DNA from: Dendrobates tinctorius
Taxonomy: Eukaryota
DNA length: 64,000 nt
Reading direction: 5' to 3'
Assembly: GCF_039654945.1 (NCBI RefSeq)
Contig: NW_027361753.1
Coordinates: forward strand, 558,001-622,000
This document shows positions 28,284 through 40,874 of this stretch, in pieces. The notes below the pieces were generated by a model that saw only the letters and a list, made by a program, of their open reading frames with translations, made no database searches and had not been told where the DNA came from. The translations under genes were made by a program, and so were the position numbers. The first letter of the stretch is position 1. Each line of letters opens with the position of its first letter.

Positions 28284-30513
28284 GGCATCCCACTTGTCTG
28301 TGTGACCTGCTTCTCCGATGAGCTGGTCTCTGCTGCCATGGGAATGTCACATGACTGAAAGGTCCTTGAGTCTCTACTCAAACTGAGCAGTGGAGAAGGG
28401 ATTTGATGGCTCCCTGCTCCACCGATGTATTTACCTGTATCTGTGTCCTGAGGACTTATACAGTTGAAGGTGGGGCATACCCCTGAACTCCCAGGCAGCT
28501 CCCAACCTCTAGATCAGGAGGTATGGTAACAGAACACCCCTTTATAATGATTGTTGCCTCCTCACCCGTTATAACAGTACAATATACAGTAGCGACACAT
28601 TATAAGATGGGTGTTTCCTGTGAAGTCAGGGTCCAACCTAAATATTAAACCTGAGACCCTTCCTTAAACCATGAGATTATGCTTCCTAGCATTCCTGACT
28701 TTCCAGCGGTTTCCTTTTTACCGCAGGCCCTTAAATGAATCCAGCACAAAGCAGAAGAGACGCGGCAGCTGGCGCGGGTTACACCATTACAGCACAGTGG
28801 CCTCTTTTCATAGGCGGCAGTTCCAGGGGTGACGGTGGGATTAGCCAAAGGGTAATCAAAGACGACTTCAGGCAAGAAGATTGGGTTTCAAAAATCCTTG
28901 AAGAATTTCATTCTTTAGGGCTGGAGAGGTAGTATAAAAATGAGAGAGATTACCTACCGAGGCAGGCGACACGTCATATCATTATATATATTTGTATCAA
29001 CAATATTATTTTAATCTAGTATGAACCCAACTGGATTATGAAATATTCTGGCTTATCTGACAGCCCTAGATTAGTGCAGAAGGAACTTTTAGAGGTTTTT
29101 TCTAGCGCATCTGCTCAAAAAAAGCCACAAAAATTGGCAAAAAATGCTTCAAAGACTCTTCCTATTTATTTCATTCTTAATCCACTTTGCTGTTCAAATT
29201 TTGTGGGTTTTTTTTCCACATTTTAAAACCTCTGGTGGGAAAGAAAAAGCTGCGTCTGACTCTGATGAAATCCGCTCCAAACATAGCACCGTCTAGTAAA
29301 AAAAAAATATTCCAAAACGGTTTATTAAATGTTTGAGGAAACAAAAAACTCCTCAAACAAATGTGTTTCCCGAATCAGTTTCCACTTGAAAACCTACTGT
29401 TTTTGATCCCCTTAAACAAACCCTCCACCTACTCGTATCCTGCACAAGTTTTTAGAGGAGTTTTTGGAACAAAAACTCCAAAATCCTCTTCAAAACTCCT
29501 AAAATCCTTGGAGATTATGTTCACTTTCGGCTATAAAATCATAGTAGAAAGACTTCGCATGAACACACCTTTAGGTAATGTGCACATGGGGGTTTGGTGC
29601 AGAAGCTAAGCCAAAACTTTTTGAGAAATTTTGATATTTGAAGGAGGATTTAGACACTTTTCGATCAGTTTCTGGTCCAAAAACTCCGAGAAAAACTCTT
29701 TGTGTACTCAGCCTTAGGGTAGAGTCATATGACCGCTTTCTGTACATCAGAAATTGGGCATGTTACCGATTTTTTTTCCCCAAACCAAGTGAACAAAAAA
29801 ATTTGCACATCGCCATAGAATAACACGGGTACGAGTTCAATCTGTGAAAACACGGATAGCACTCGCCTGATATAATCGGTCGTGTGTACGAGCCCTTAAA
29901 AAAATAGAAGCATTTCCAAAATGCCCCATCTGATGCTCCCATTTTGGGAGATTCTTTTTAAAATGAAGCAGCACAGGGATCAGCTGGTCGCCTCCTATAC
30001 AACTTATCTTCTCCTATGTGATTGTATGTGCCGGGAAGTTCTCAGTACCTATGTAAAAGATATCCCTGCCCCTATTCACCCAACAAAGGCAAAAAGAGTG
30101 TCCATTTGGCTTCTGCCCGGCTGGTATACAATGGTACAACTTCTTGTGTGGTGCAGTCTGCTGACCTATTGCGCATAAAAGGAATGTAGGAACCTATAGG
30201 CAATTCATGAAACATTGGGGTTTACATCGGGACATGCTTTGATGTACGCAGCGAACATAGTGTGAATAGATTTTTATGGGCGGACATATCACCGAAGTAG
30301 CTGCGACATGGCCCTGAGCTGGAGGGGGCTCGCCACCAACAGCGACTACTTTAGCTGGATGTGCATCCAGAGACGCCGAAGTCATCTGCCGCCTCCCGCA
30401 CCAGCTATAGAATAGGAGCCCCTGCGGCGTGGAAGTGTGGGGTACGGTGAGTAGTATCATTTTTCAAAAAATGTATTAGAGCAAAGCAAAATGTCTGACA
30501 TACATACAAAAAT

Positions 30514-32008
30514 AGGACACATGTACCAGGATGGGGTACATCTACTGCATATGAGGATGAGGGACATATATACCTGGATGGGGGACATATACTGTATATG
30601 AGGATCATATATACCTGGATGGGGCACATTATACCAGGATGGGGTACATATACTGTATATGAGGATGAGGGACATATACTGTATATGAGGATCATATATA
30701 CCTGGATGGGGGACATTATACCAGGATGGGGTACATATACTGTATATGAGGATGAGGGACATATATACCTGGATGGGGGACATATACTGTATATGAGGAT
30801 CATATATACCTGGATGGGGCACATTATACCAGGATGGGGTACATATACTGTATATGAGGATGAGGGACATATACTGTATATGAGGATCATATATACCTGG
30901 ATGGGGGACATTATACCAGGATGGGGTACATATACTGTATATGAGGATGGGGGACATATACTGTATATGAGGATGAGGGACATATACTGTATATGAGGAT
31001 CATATATACCTGGATGGGGCACATTATACCAGGATGGGGTACATATACTGTATATGAGGATGGGGGGATATACTGTATATGAGGATCATATATACCTGGA
31101 TGGGGGACATTATACCAGGATGGGGTACATATACTGTATATGAGGATGAGGGACATATATACCTGGATGGGGGACATATACTGTATATGAGGATCATATA
31201 TACCTGGATGGGGACATTATACCAGGATGGGGTACATATACTGTATCTGAGGATGAGGGACATATATACCTGGATGGGGGACATATACTGTATATGAGGA
31301 TCATATATACCTGGATGGGGGACATTATACCAGGATGGGGTACATATACTGTATCTGAGGATGAGGGACATATATACCTGGATGGGGGACATATACTGTA
31401 TATGAGGATCATATATACCTGGATGGGGCACATTATACCAGGATGGGGTACATATACTGTATATGAGGATGAGGGACATATATACCTGGATGGGGGACAT
31501 ATACTGTATATGAGGATCATATATACCTGGATGGGGCACATTATACCAGGATGGGGTACATATACTGTATATGAGGATGAGGGACATATATACCTGGATG
31601 GGGTACATATACTGTATATGAGGATGAGGGACATATATACCTGGATGGGGGACATATACTGTATATGAGGATCATATATACCTGGATGGGGGACATTATA
31701 CCAGGATGGGGTACATATACTGTATCTGAGGATGAGGGACATATATACCTGGATGGGGGACATATACTGTATATGAGGATCATATATACCTGGATGGGGC
31801 ACATTATACCAGGATGGGGTACATATACTGTATATGAGGATGAGGGACATATATACCTGGATGGGGGACATATACTGTATATGAGGATGAGCGACATATA
31901 TACCTGGATTGGGGACATTATACCAGGATGGGGTACATATACTGTATATGAGGATGAGCGACATATATACCTGGATGGGGGACATTATACCAGGATGAGG
32001 GACATATA
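30514..32008. repeat. Homogeneous higher-order minisatellite; typical 108-bp unit of five GGATG-started monomers (15, 20, 26, 21, 26 bp)
   Basis: 36-aa period in the ORF track (MRIIYTWMGHIIPGWGTYTVYEDEGHIYLDGGHILY). The 26-bp monomers contain TACTGTA. Confidence 0.93.
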
Positions 32009-33614
32009 CAGTGGGGAAAAAAAGTATTTAGTCAGTCAGCAATAGTGCAAGTTCCACCACTTAAAAAGATGAGAGGCGTCTGTAATTTACATCATAGGTA
32101 GACCTCAACTATGGGAGACAAACTGAGAAAAAAAAATTCAGAAAATCACATTGTCTGTTTTTTTTTCATTTTATTTGCATATTATGGTGGAAAATAAGTA
32201 TTTGGTCAGAAACAAAATTTCATCTCAATACTTTGTGATATATCCTTTGTTGGCAATAACAGAGGTCAAACGTTTTCTGTAAGTCTTCACAAGGTTGCCA
32301 CACACTGTTGTTGGTATGTTGGCCCATTCCTCCATGCAGATCTCCTCTAGAGCAGTGATGTTTTTGGCTTTTCGCTTGGCAACACGGACTTTCAACTCCC
32401 TCCAAAGGTTTTCTATAGGGTTGAGATCTGGAGACTGGCTAGGCCACTCCAGGACCTTGAAATGCTTCTTACGAAGCCACTCCTTCGTTGCCCTGGCGGT
32501 GTGCTTTGGATCATTGTCATGTTGAAAGACCCAGCCACGTTTCATCTTCAATGCCCTTGCTGATGGAAGGAGGTTTGCACTCAAAATCTCACGATACATG
32601 GCCCCATTCATTCTTTCATGTACCCGGATCAGTCGTCCTGGCCCCTTTGCAGAGAAACAGCCCCAAAGCATGATGTTTCCACCACCATGCTTTACAGTAG
32701 GTATGGTGTTTGATGGATGCAACTCAGTATTCTTTTTCCTCCAAACACGACAAGTTGTGTTTCTACCAAACAGTTCCAGTTTGGTTTCATCAGACCATAG
32801 GACATTCTCCCAAAACTCCTCTGGATCATCCAAATGCTCTCTAGCAAACTTCAGACGGGCCCGGACATGTACAGGCTTAAGCAATGGGACACGTCTGGCA
32901 CTGCAGGATCTGAGTCCATGGTGGCGTAGTGTGTTACTTATGGTAGGCCTTGTTACATTGGTCCCAGCTCTCTGCAGTTCATTCACTAGGTCCCCCCGCG
33001 TGGTTCTGGGATTTTTGCTCACCGTTCTTGTGATCATTCTGACCCCACGGGGTGGGATTTTGCGTGGAGCATCAGATCGAGGGAGATTATCAGTGGTCTT
33101 GTATGTCTTCCATTTTCTAATTATTGCTCCCACAGTTGATTTCTTCACTCCAAGCTGGTTGGCTATTGCAGATTCAGTCTTCCCAGCCTGGTGCAGGGCT
33201 ACAATTTTGTTTCTGGTGTCCTTTGACAGCTCTTTGGTCTTCACCATAGTGGAGTTTGGAGTCAGACTGTTTGAGGGTGTGCACAGGTGTCTTTTTATAC
33301 TGATAACAAGTTTAAACAGGTGCCATTACTACAGGTAATGAGTGGAGGAAAGAGGAGACTCTTAAAGAAGAAGTTACAGGTCTGTGAGAGCCAGAAATCT
33401 TGATTGCTTGTTTCTGACCAAATACTTATTTTCCACCATAATATGCAAATAAAATGAAAAAAAAACAGACAATGTGATTTTCTGGATTTTTTTTTCTCAG
33501 TTTGTCTCCCATAGTTGAGGTCTACCTATGATGTAAATTACAGACGCCTCTCATCTTTTTAAGTGGTGGAACTTGCACTATTGCTGACTGACTAAATACT
33601 TTTTTTCCCCACTG
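32009..33614 (-). mobile_element. Full-length young Tc1-like transposon (DD34E) with ~205-bp TIRs
   Basis: TA at 32007-08 and 33615-16; TIRs CAGTGGGGAAAAAAAGTATTTAGTCAGTC... almost identical. Confidence 0.96.
32225..33247 (-). CDS. Tc1 transposase, uninterrupted 340 aa, DD34E
   Basis: [25 protein letters not shown]. The AT-hook-like linker reads RSDAPRK, versus RSGAP in the related fragment at ~59450. Confidence 0.95.
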   Translation of the reverse strand: MVKTKELSKDTRNKIVALHQAGKTESAIANQLGVKKSTVGAIIRKWKTYKTTDNLPRSDAPRKIPPRGVRMITRTVSKNPRTTRGDLVNELQRAGTNVTRPTISNTLRHHGLRSCSARRVPLLKPVHVRARLKFAREHLDDPEEFWENVLWSDETKLELFGRNTTCRVWRKKNTELHPSNTIPTVKHGGGNIMLWGCFSAKGPGRLIRVHERMNGAMYREILSANLLPSARALKMKRGWVFQHDNDPKHTARATKEWLRKKHFKVLEWPSQSPDLNPIENLWRELKVRVAKRKAKNITALEEICMEEWANIPTTVCGNLVKTYRKRLTSVIANKGYITKY

Positions 33615-34137
33615 TATATGAGGATGGGGCACATTATACCTGGATGAGTCACATACATACCTGGATGGGCTACATATATAAATGGATGGGGCACATACTG
33701 TATATGTCAACAATCCTGGTATAATGTACCCCATCCAGATATATATGTGCTCCATCCAGGTATATTTGTCCCCATTATGGTATAATGTGCCCATCTTCGT
33801 ATATATGTTCCCCATCCTGGTATAATGTACCCCATCCAGGTATATACAGCTCTGGCAAAATTAAGAGACCACTGCACAGTTTTATAAAAATCAGCTTCTC
33901 TCCATGTCTGACAGCCATTCCATTCCAGTGTCAGTTGAATTCCAACCAGAGTACACCTCATTCTACTTAATGTGCTTCTGATTAGGTGATCATCTGAACC
34001 AAATCTTATTTAACGAAGGAAAGTATAAAATACCCTGCTGTGGTGTTCACAATCCTCTTGGAATAGGACAAGCTGGATGGCAAAACAAGTGCTAGTAATA
34101 TCCCAAAAGTAATAGGACTGAAAAATAACTTTTAACC

Positions 34138-35170
34138 ATGCCAAAGGAGTTGAAAAGAAAAGTCTTGAGTGAGGAAAAGAAGGGCTCAATTCTGGCTTTA
34201 CTAGCTGATGGATACAGTGAATGTCATGTTGCCACCATCCTTAAAATTTCTAAGACAGCAGTCCATTACAACAAGGTCAAGCAGCAGATATTGGGGACAG
34301 CAAAGCTACAGACTGGAAGAGGGCAAAAATGACTCTCCGCTGACCGGGATGACCGTCCTCTTATTCGAATGTCACTCAGCAACCGCAGGATGACATCAAG
34401 TGACCTACAAAAGGAATGGCAAATGGCAGCTGGGGTGAAGTACACGGCAAGAACAGTTTGTAACAGGCTCCTAGAGGCAGGGCTCAAGTCATGTAAAGCT
34501 AGAAAAAAGCCTATCATCAATGAGAAGCAAAGGAGAGCCAGGCTGAAGTTTGCCAAAGACCATAAGGATTGGACCATAGAGGACTGGAGTAAGGTAAACT
34601 TCTCTGATGAGTCTAATTTTCAGCTTTGCCCAACACGTGGTTAGACGGAGACCTGGAGAGGCGTACAACCCACACTGTCTTGCGCCCACTGTGAAATTTG
34701 ATCTTTGCGAAGGACGTATGAATCAAGCTGCATACAAGGTTATCCTGGAAAAACAGTTGGAAAAAAGTGCTGCGGAATATGTCGGTGCTATAGAAATAAA
34801 ATTTATTATATTATTATTATAGTTGATTCCTTCTGCTCAGGCAATGTTCCCCAACTCTGAGGACTGGTGTTTCCAGCAGGACAATGCGCCATGCCACACA
34901 GCTAGGTCAATCAATGTGTGGATGAAGGAGCACCACATCAAATCCCTGTCATGGCCAGCCCAGTCTCCAGACATGAAGCCCATTGAAAACCTCTGGAATA
35001 TAATCAAGAGGAAGATGGATAGTCATAAACCATCAAACAAAGAACTGCTTACATTTTTGTACCAGGAGTGGCATAAGGTCACCCAGAAGCAGTGTGAGAG
35101 ACTGGTGGAAAGCAGCCAAGACACATGAAAGCTGTGATTAACAATCATGGTTATTCCACAAAATATTGAT
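34138..35170 (+). pseudogene. Disrupted Tc1 transposase
   Basis: ORF pieces 34138-34332, 34369-34644 (FSDES) and 34823-35128 (QQDNAPCH...SPDMKPIE), broken by a stop, deletions/frameshifts and a 61-bp insertion. Confidence 0.9.
34760..34820 (+). mobile_element. Extremely 5'-truncated L2-like LINE 3' end inserted in the Tc1 transposase
   Basis: AAGTGCTGCGGAATATGTCGGTGCTATAGAAATAAA plus an (ATT)n tail, flanked by a 5-bp TSD AGTTG (34755-59 / 34821-25). The L2 assignment is from recalled amphibian L2 3' ends. Confidence 0.65.
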
Positions 35171-35447
35171 TTCTGAACTCTTCCTGAGGTAAAACATTAG
35201 TATTGTTGTTTCTAAATGATTATGAACTTGTTTTCTTAGCATTATTTGAGGTCTGCAAGCACTGCATTTTTTTTGTTGTTTTGACCATTACTCAATTTCT
35301 GAAAATAAATACAAAATTTATTGCTTGGAAATTCGGAGACGTTGTCAGAAGTTTATAGAATAAAATAGCAATTTACTCAAAAATATAAAGAGAAAAATCA
35401 GACAAACTGAAAATGTTGCAGTGGTCTCTTAATTTTTGCCAGAGCTG

Positions 35448-35935
35448 TATATATACCTGGATGTGGCACATTATTCCAGGATGGGGCACAATATAGTAGG
35501 AAGGTGTACATATATATGAGGATGGGGGAATATATACCTGGATGAGGCACATATATACAAGAATGGGGCACAGTTATACCAGGATGGGGTGCATATATAC
35601 GAGGATGGGAGCTATATACACGAGGATGGGGCACATATATACCTGGATGGGGCACATATATAACTGGATGGGAGACATGTGTACAAGGATGGAGGACATA
35701 TATACCAGGATGGGGGATATATATACCTGGATGGGGCACATTTTCCCAGGATGGGGGGCATATATGCTAGGTTGCGGGGACATATATATACCTGGAAGGG
35801 GACCAGGATGGGGCACATTATTCCAGGATGGGGCCCAGGATAGAGCTAGAGCACATTATACCAGGAAGGGGACCAGGATTGGGGACATTATACCAAGAAG
35901 AGGACCAGGATGGGAGACATTATCCCAGAAAGGAG
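35448..35935. repeat. Degenerate 20-21-bp minisatellite, ancestral form of the 30.5-32 kb array
   Basis: GGATGGGGCACATATATACC[A/T] monomers; 7-aa period (MGHIYTR); no TACTGTA. Confidence 0.88.
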
Positions 35936-36159
35936 TACAGTATGTAGGACGTTATTATTGGCAGGGGCGTCCCTTGTTACATATCATCCTCTCTAGTTAT
36001 GTATGGGGCGGTCCCTTATTATGTAGAATCCTCTATTGTTCTGTACAGTGCTGTCCCATTATCACAAAGTATTATGTCTTGTTATATATAGCACCATCCC
36101 TTAGATAGCCTATTCTCGTTATTTTTGTTATTCAAAATGAGAGGAGACTATGTAATATA

Positions 36160-36199
<40 letters not shown>

Positions 36200-37838
36200 T
36201 GGTGGCCATAAAAGGTGAAGGGCCCAGCCCAAACACATTCTTGCACAGGGGCCCTAAGCTCTCAGTGTCTGCCCTTGTATTTCAACCCACCATGCCCCTA
36301 CATTCAAGAAAATAGAAAAGATGCCTATCCCCTTCTCTCCTAGGAAAAAAAAACATTAAGCGCTCATTCAGATGTCCAATTTTCTTGTACAAGGGATATC
36401 TGTGGTTTTCATTGATAGCTCTCGCACCTGTGATAGTCTGTTGGGTCATTCACATGTCCGTGATTTTCTGGGGACCGTGCGGTCCGTGGAAAATCACAGA
36501 AGCATGCAAAACCGGCAATGCAAATACGGTATGTGAGTCATTGAAAAAATTGTACCGCACTTGGATGACATTCACGGACTGTCAGAATGGAGAAGGTGAA
36601 GAAACGGGGTTTTTTTCTCCACGTATAAGTAAAACTGAATACACTGGGATCAAACTTTGATCAAAAAATCTTTGCACGTGGAAACATCAGATGTCTGAAT
36701 GAAGTTTAAGGCAAAATGTAATCTAAATTAATCTGTTTTATGGGGGGGTTCCTATTCAGCAGTTGGGTTTATAAGGTAGGGCCACCGGTCAGTCCGTGCA
36801 CGACGTTCCAATCTCACGCCGATTTATACGGCCGTCTGACTGCGCCATTACACAACTGGTGCAGCTCTAGAAAAGTTTCGCAGAAACTTCTTACAACACC
36901 AACACCAAATAACTTTAATATTTGCACCCTGATCAAGACAAGGCTTTCCGGTCATGGTGGAAGTGAGGACTTTCCGCTTTGGAGAGCAAGGATGGGAAGC
37001 AGATTTGTGTGTCTAGTGCAGACGTGTGCGTTGTGTCCTAAATAAGTCATTAATCTACCGCTGGAACAGTCATTGTATCATCACCGTAAACTGCGCTCCA
37101 TCAACAAGTTTAGACTTGGGCAGAACATCCAGGGAGAGTAGCTGAGTATTATGTCGTAAGTGTAATTGAGGCTCTTTAGGCTACACAAACAGCGTGTAGA
37201 GACAACACAAGAATAAGCCAAGTCACTTCAGTCTGCGCCTTGTAAAGCCAAGAGCCGAGGACCTTTCTGTAAATTCCTGCTCCACTCTTTAAACCTGGAA
37301 TGTTTGCAATGTCTTTGTTTCCATCTTCTCGGCTGGATAATGGGCCGGCGTATTATTATTATTATCGCTAGTTTTCTTAATACGCCAGTGTAAAGGAGGG
37401 AGGTGGATCAGATCCAGTTCTTGTGTTACTTTATCAAAAGTATCTTATTGCAAGGACAGAGATGTGCGGCAAAAACTTTTCTTTTTTCATTACTGTTTAA
37501 CAAATACAAACATTTGTGCCGAGAGATGAAGGAGGGAGAAATATTTGGAGCGGGTTTGAGGCTGGGGTCGAATTTGCATTTTTAGGAGGATGTTTCCTTT
37601 GTTAAATAAATAGTAACATCAAAAAAAGTTTCTGGAATTATTAATCCTGGAAAACATTTTATTTTAAATTTGACATCCTTTATGCATCACAAAGAATATA
37701 ATTGTTATAAAAGGGTTTTCTAGAATTAAAATATTGATGACCGATCTGCAGAATATCAGATTGGGGGGATCCGACACCTGGCACCCTCAATAATCAGTTA
37801 CTTTCAGCTCTGAAGGTGGCTGGACAAAAACAATGTAA

Positions 37839-38164
37839 GGGTGTGTGCAGACGCTGCGGAATCCGCTGCGGATTAATCTGCACAGATTTTGCAAAAAACG
37901 CAGATTATCTGCGGTTTAGCCTGCGGTTTGGTCCTGCGGATTCACCATCTCCACAATGGTGGAGATAGGAACCCGCTGCGGATTCCGCAGAAAGAATTGA
38001 CATGTCAATTCTTTCTGCGGTTTCAAAACCGCAGGAAATCCACAGCAGTTTTTGTTTACCATTCATTTGAATGGTACTGTACACCGCAGCTAAAACTGCT
38101 GCAGGTCCGCAGCGGCCAAAACCGCTGCGGAACCCAGCGGAATCCGCAGCGTGTGCACATATCC
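37839..38164. mobile_element. PIF/Harbinger-type MITE
   Basis: TAA TSDs (37836-38, 38165-67); TIRs GGGTGTGTGCAGACGCTGCGG / CCGCAGCGTGTGCACATATCC; internal TGCGG repeats. Confidence 0.85.
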
Positions 38165-38611
38165 TAAGGAGTCAGGGTAGTCCATCTCGGTACACTGTGC
38201 TGATACTGCAGCTCAGCTCCTATTGAACTGAATAGGCGATGTTATGTATTGGTCATCAATATCTTAAACTTGGAGGTGAATGTTCAGTTCAGGTCACGAA
38301 AGCCATCGGACAAAGGTTGGAGTATTGCATGCTTGGAAGTGAGACCCCTCCGGGGTCATCGTGTCCAACCCCCTGCTCAATGCAGGATTCACTATACCAT
38401 CTCAGACAGATGTCTGTCCAGCCCCTGTATGAAGACTTCCATTGATGGAGAACTCACCACCTCTCGTGGCAGCCTGCTCCACTCATTGATCACCCTCATT
38501 GTCAAAAAGTTTTTTTTCTAATATTTAATCTGTATCTTCTTCTCCCCTTGAGTTTCATCCCATTGCTTCTTGTGTTTCCATGTGCAAATGAGAATAATGT
38601 TGATCCCTCTA

Positions 38612-40178
38612 CAGTCATGGCCAAAAGTTTTGAGAATGACACAAATATTAATTTTTACAAAGTCTACTGCTTCATTTTTTCTAATGGCAATTTGCATATA
38701 CTCCAGAATGTTATAAAGAGTGATCAGCTTAACAGCAATTACTTGCAAAGTCAATATTTGCCTAGAAAATGAACTTTATCCCCCAAAACACATTTCAACA
38801 TCATTGCAGCCCTGCCTTAAAAGGACCAGCTAACATGGTTTCAGTGATTGCTCCATTAACACAGGTGTGGGTGTTGATGAGGACAGGGCTGGAGATCAAT
38901 CTGTCATGATTAAGTAAGAATGACACCACTGGACACTTTAAAAGGAGGCTGGTGCTTGACATCATTGTTTCCCTTCTGTTAACCATGGTTATCTCTAAAG
39001 AAACACGTGCAGTCATCATTGCACTGCACAAAAATGGCCTAACAGGGAAGAGTATCGCAGCTAGAAAGATTGCACCTCAGTCAACAATCTATCGCATCAT
39101 CAAGAACTTCAAGGAGAGAGGTTCCCTTGTTGCCAAAAAGGCTCCAGGGCGCCCAAGAAAGACCAGCAAGCGCCAGGACCGTCTCTTAAAAGTGTTTCAG
39201 CTGCGGGATCGGGCTACCAGCAGTGCAGAGCTTGCTCAGGAATGGCAGCAGGCAGGTGTGAGTGCATCTGCACGCACTGTGAGGCGGAGGCTCTTGGAGC
39301 AAGGCCTAGTCTCAAGGAGGGCAGCAAAGAAGCCACTTCTCTCCAGGAAAAACATCATGGACAGACTGATAATCTGCAAGAGGTACAGGGAGTGGACTGC
39401 TGAGGACTGGGGTAAAGTCATTTTCTCTGATGAATCCCCTTTTCGATTGTTTGGGACATCTGGAAAACGGCTTATTCGGAGAAGACCAGGTGAGCGCTAC
39501 CACCAGTCTTGTCTCATGCCAACTGTCAAGCATCCTGAAACCATTCATGTGTGGGGTTGCTTCTCAGCCAAGGGAATGGGCTCTCTCTCAGTCTTGCCTA
39601 AAAACACAGCCATGAATAAAGAATGGTACCAGAATGTCCTCCAAGAGCAACTTCTCCCAACCGTCCAAGAGCAGTTTGGCGATCAACAATGCCTTTTTCA
39701 ACATGATGGAGCACCTTGCCATAAAGCAAAGGTGATAACTAAATGGCTCAGGGAACAAAACATAGAGATTTTGGGACCATGGCCTGAAAACTCCCCAGAT
39801 CTTAATCCCATTGAGAACTTGTGGTCAATCATCAAGAGACGGGTGGACAAACAAAAACCTTCAAATTCAGACAAAATAAAAGCATTCATTTTGCAAAAAT
39901 GGACTGCTATCAGTCAGGATTTGATCCAGAAGTTGATTGAGAGCATGCCAGGGAGAATTGCTGAGGTCCTGAAGAAGAAGTGTCAACACTGCAAATATTA
40001 ACTTGCTGCATTAACTCATTCTAACTGTCAATATAACCTTTTGCTACTCATAATATGATTGCAATTATATTTCTTTATGTGATAAAAACATCTGACAAAC
40101 ACACATAAAAACCAGAGGGCAGCAGATCATGTGAAAATATAATATTTGTGTCATTCTCAAAACTTTTGGCCATGACTG
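38612..40178 (+). mobile_element. Full-length Tc1-like transposon, DD35E (Traveler-type)
   Basis: TA at 38610-11 and 40179-80; ~39-bp TIR CAGTCATGGCCAAAAGTTTTGAGAATGACACAAATATTA. Confidence 0.95.
38985..40001 (+). CDS. Tc1-family transposase, uninterrupted 338 aa, DD35E
   Basis: ATG at 38985; PGRPRK, FSDES, QHDGAPCH...SPDLNPIE with a 35-residue spacing. Confidence 0.93.
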   Translation: MVISKETRAVIIALHKNGLTGKSIAARKIAPQSTIYRIIKNFKERGSLVAKKAPGRPRKTSKRQDRLLKVFQLRDRATSSAELAQEWQQAGVSASARTVRRRLLEQGLVSRRAAKKPLLSRKNIMDRLIICKRYREWTAEDWGKVIFSDESPFRLFGTSGKRLIRRRPGERYHQSCLMPTVKHPETIHVWGCFSAKGMGSLSVLPKNTAMNKEWYQNVLQEQLLPTVQEQFGDQQCLFQHDGAPCHKAKVITKWLREQNIEILGPWPENSPDLNPIENLWSIIKRRVDKQKPSNSDKIKAFILQKWTAISQDLIQKLIESMPGRIAEVLKKKCQHCKY

Positions 40179-40874
40179 TACACTGTGACATCCCTTCAGA
40201 TATTTGTAGACAGCTATTAAGTCTCCTCTTAGCCTTCTTTTTTTTTCAAGCTAAACAGATCCTTTAACCGTTCCCCATAGAACATACTTTGCAGTCCACC
40301 CACCATCCTGGTAGCTCTTCTCTGAACTTGCTCCCATTTTTCAATGTCCTTTTTAAAATGTAGTGCCCAGAACTGGACACAGTATTCCTGATGAGGCCTG
40401 ACCAAGGAGGAGTAGAGGGGGATAATTACTTCGGGTGATCTAGACTCTATGCTTCTCTTAATACATCCCAGAAATGTGTTTGCCTTTTTTGCTGCTGCAT
40501 CACACTGTTGACTCATGTGCAGTCTGTGATTTATTAGTATACCCAAGTCTTTCACACATGCTCTTGCTTAGTTCTATTCTTCCCATTCTGAGGATGGAAT
40601 TTTCGTTTTTCTTGCCCAGACATAGAATCTTGTATTTCTCCCTGTTAAATATCATTCTATTAGTCGCTGCCCATTGTTTAAGCTTATCTAGATCCTTCTG
40701 AATCCTTTCTCTGTCTTCTCTAGTTAACTATCCCTCCTACCTTTGCATCATCTGCAAATTTGATTAGTGTAGTGCTCCTATAGTGCTGGCAGAATGCTGA
40801 TGAAGAGAAACCACCCACTGAAAAAGAGTGAAAGAGTGGATGGCAAGTTACAGAGCATAAGAATTGGGACCACT

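Larger units (their letters stand above)
33847..35447 (+). mobile_element. Full-length but inactivated Tc1-like transposon (DD34E)
   Basis: TA at 33845-46 and 35448-49; TIR CAGCTCTGGCAAAA(A)TTAAGAGACCACTGCA. Confidence 0.93.
38332..40768 (-). mobile_element. 5'-truncated CR1 LINE (RT C-terminus plus 3'UTR), split by a Tc1 insertion at 38612-40178
   Basis: Minus-strand ORF KDLGILINHRLHMSQQCDAAAKKAN...LVRPH.EYCVQFW. The sequence is colinear across the TA insertion site with the plus-strand CR1 at ~42920-43010. Confidence 0.92.

Noticed and set aside
26571-28381. Cys/Gly-rich minus-strand ORFs up to 329 aa
   Set aside because: Translations of the 35-bp repeat in all frames; same for the ORFs at 1440-2897 and 30405-32045.
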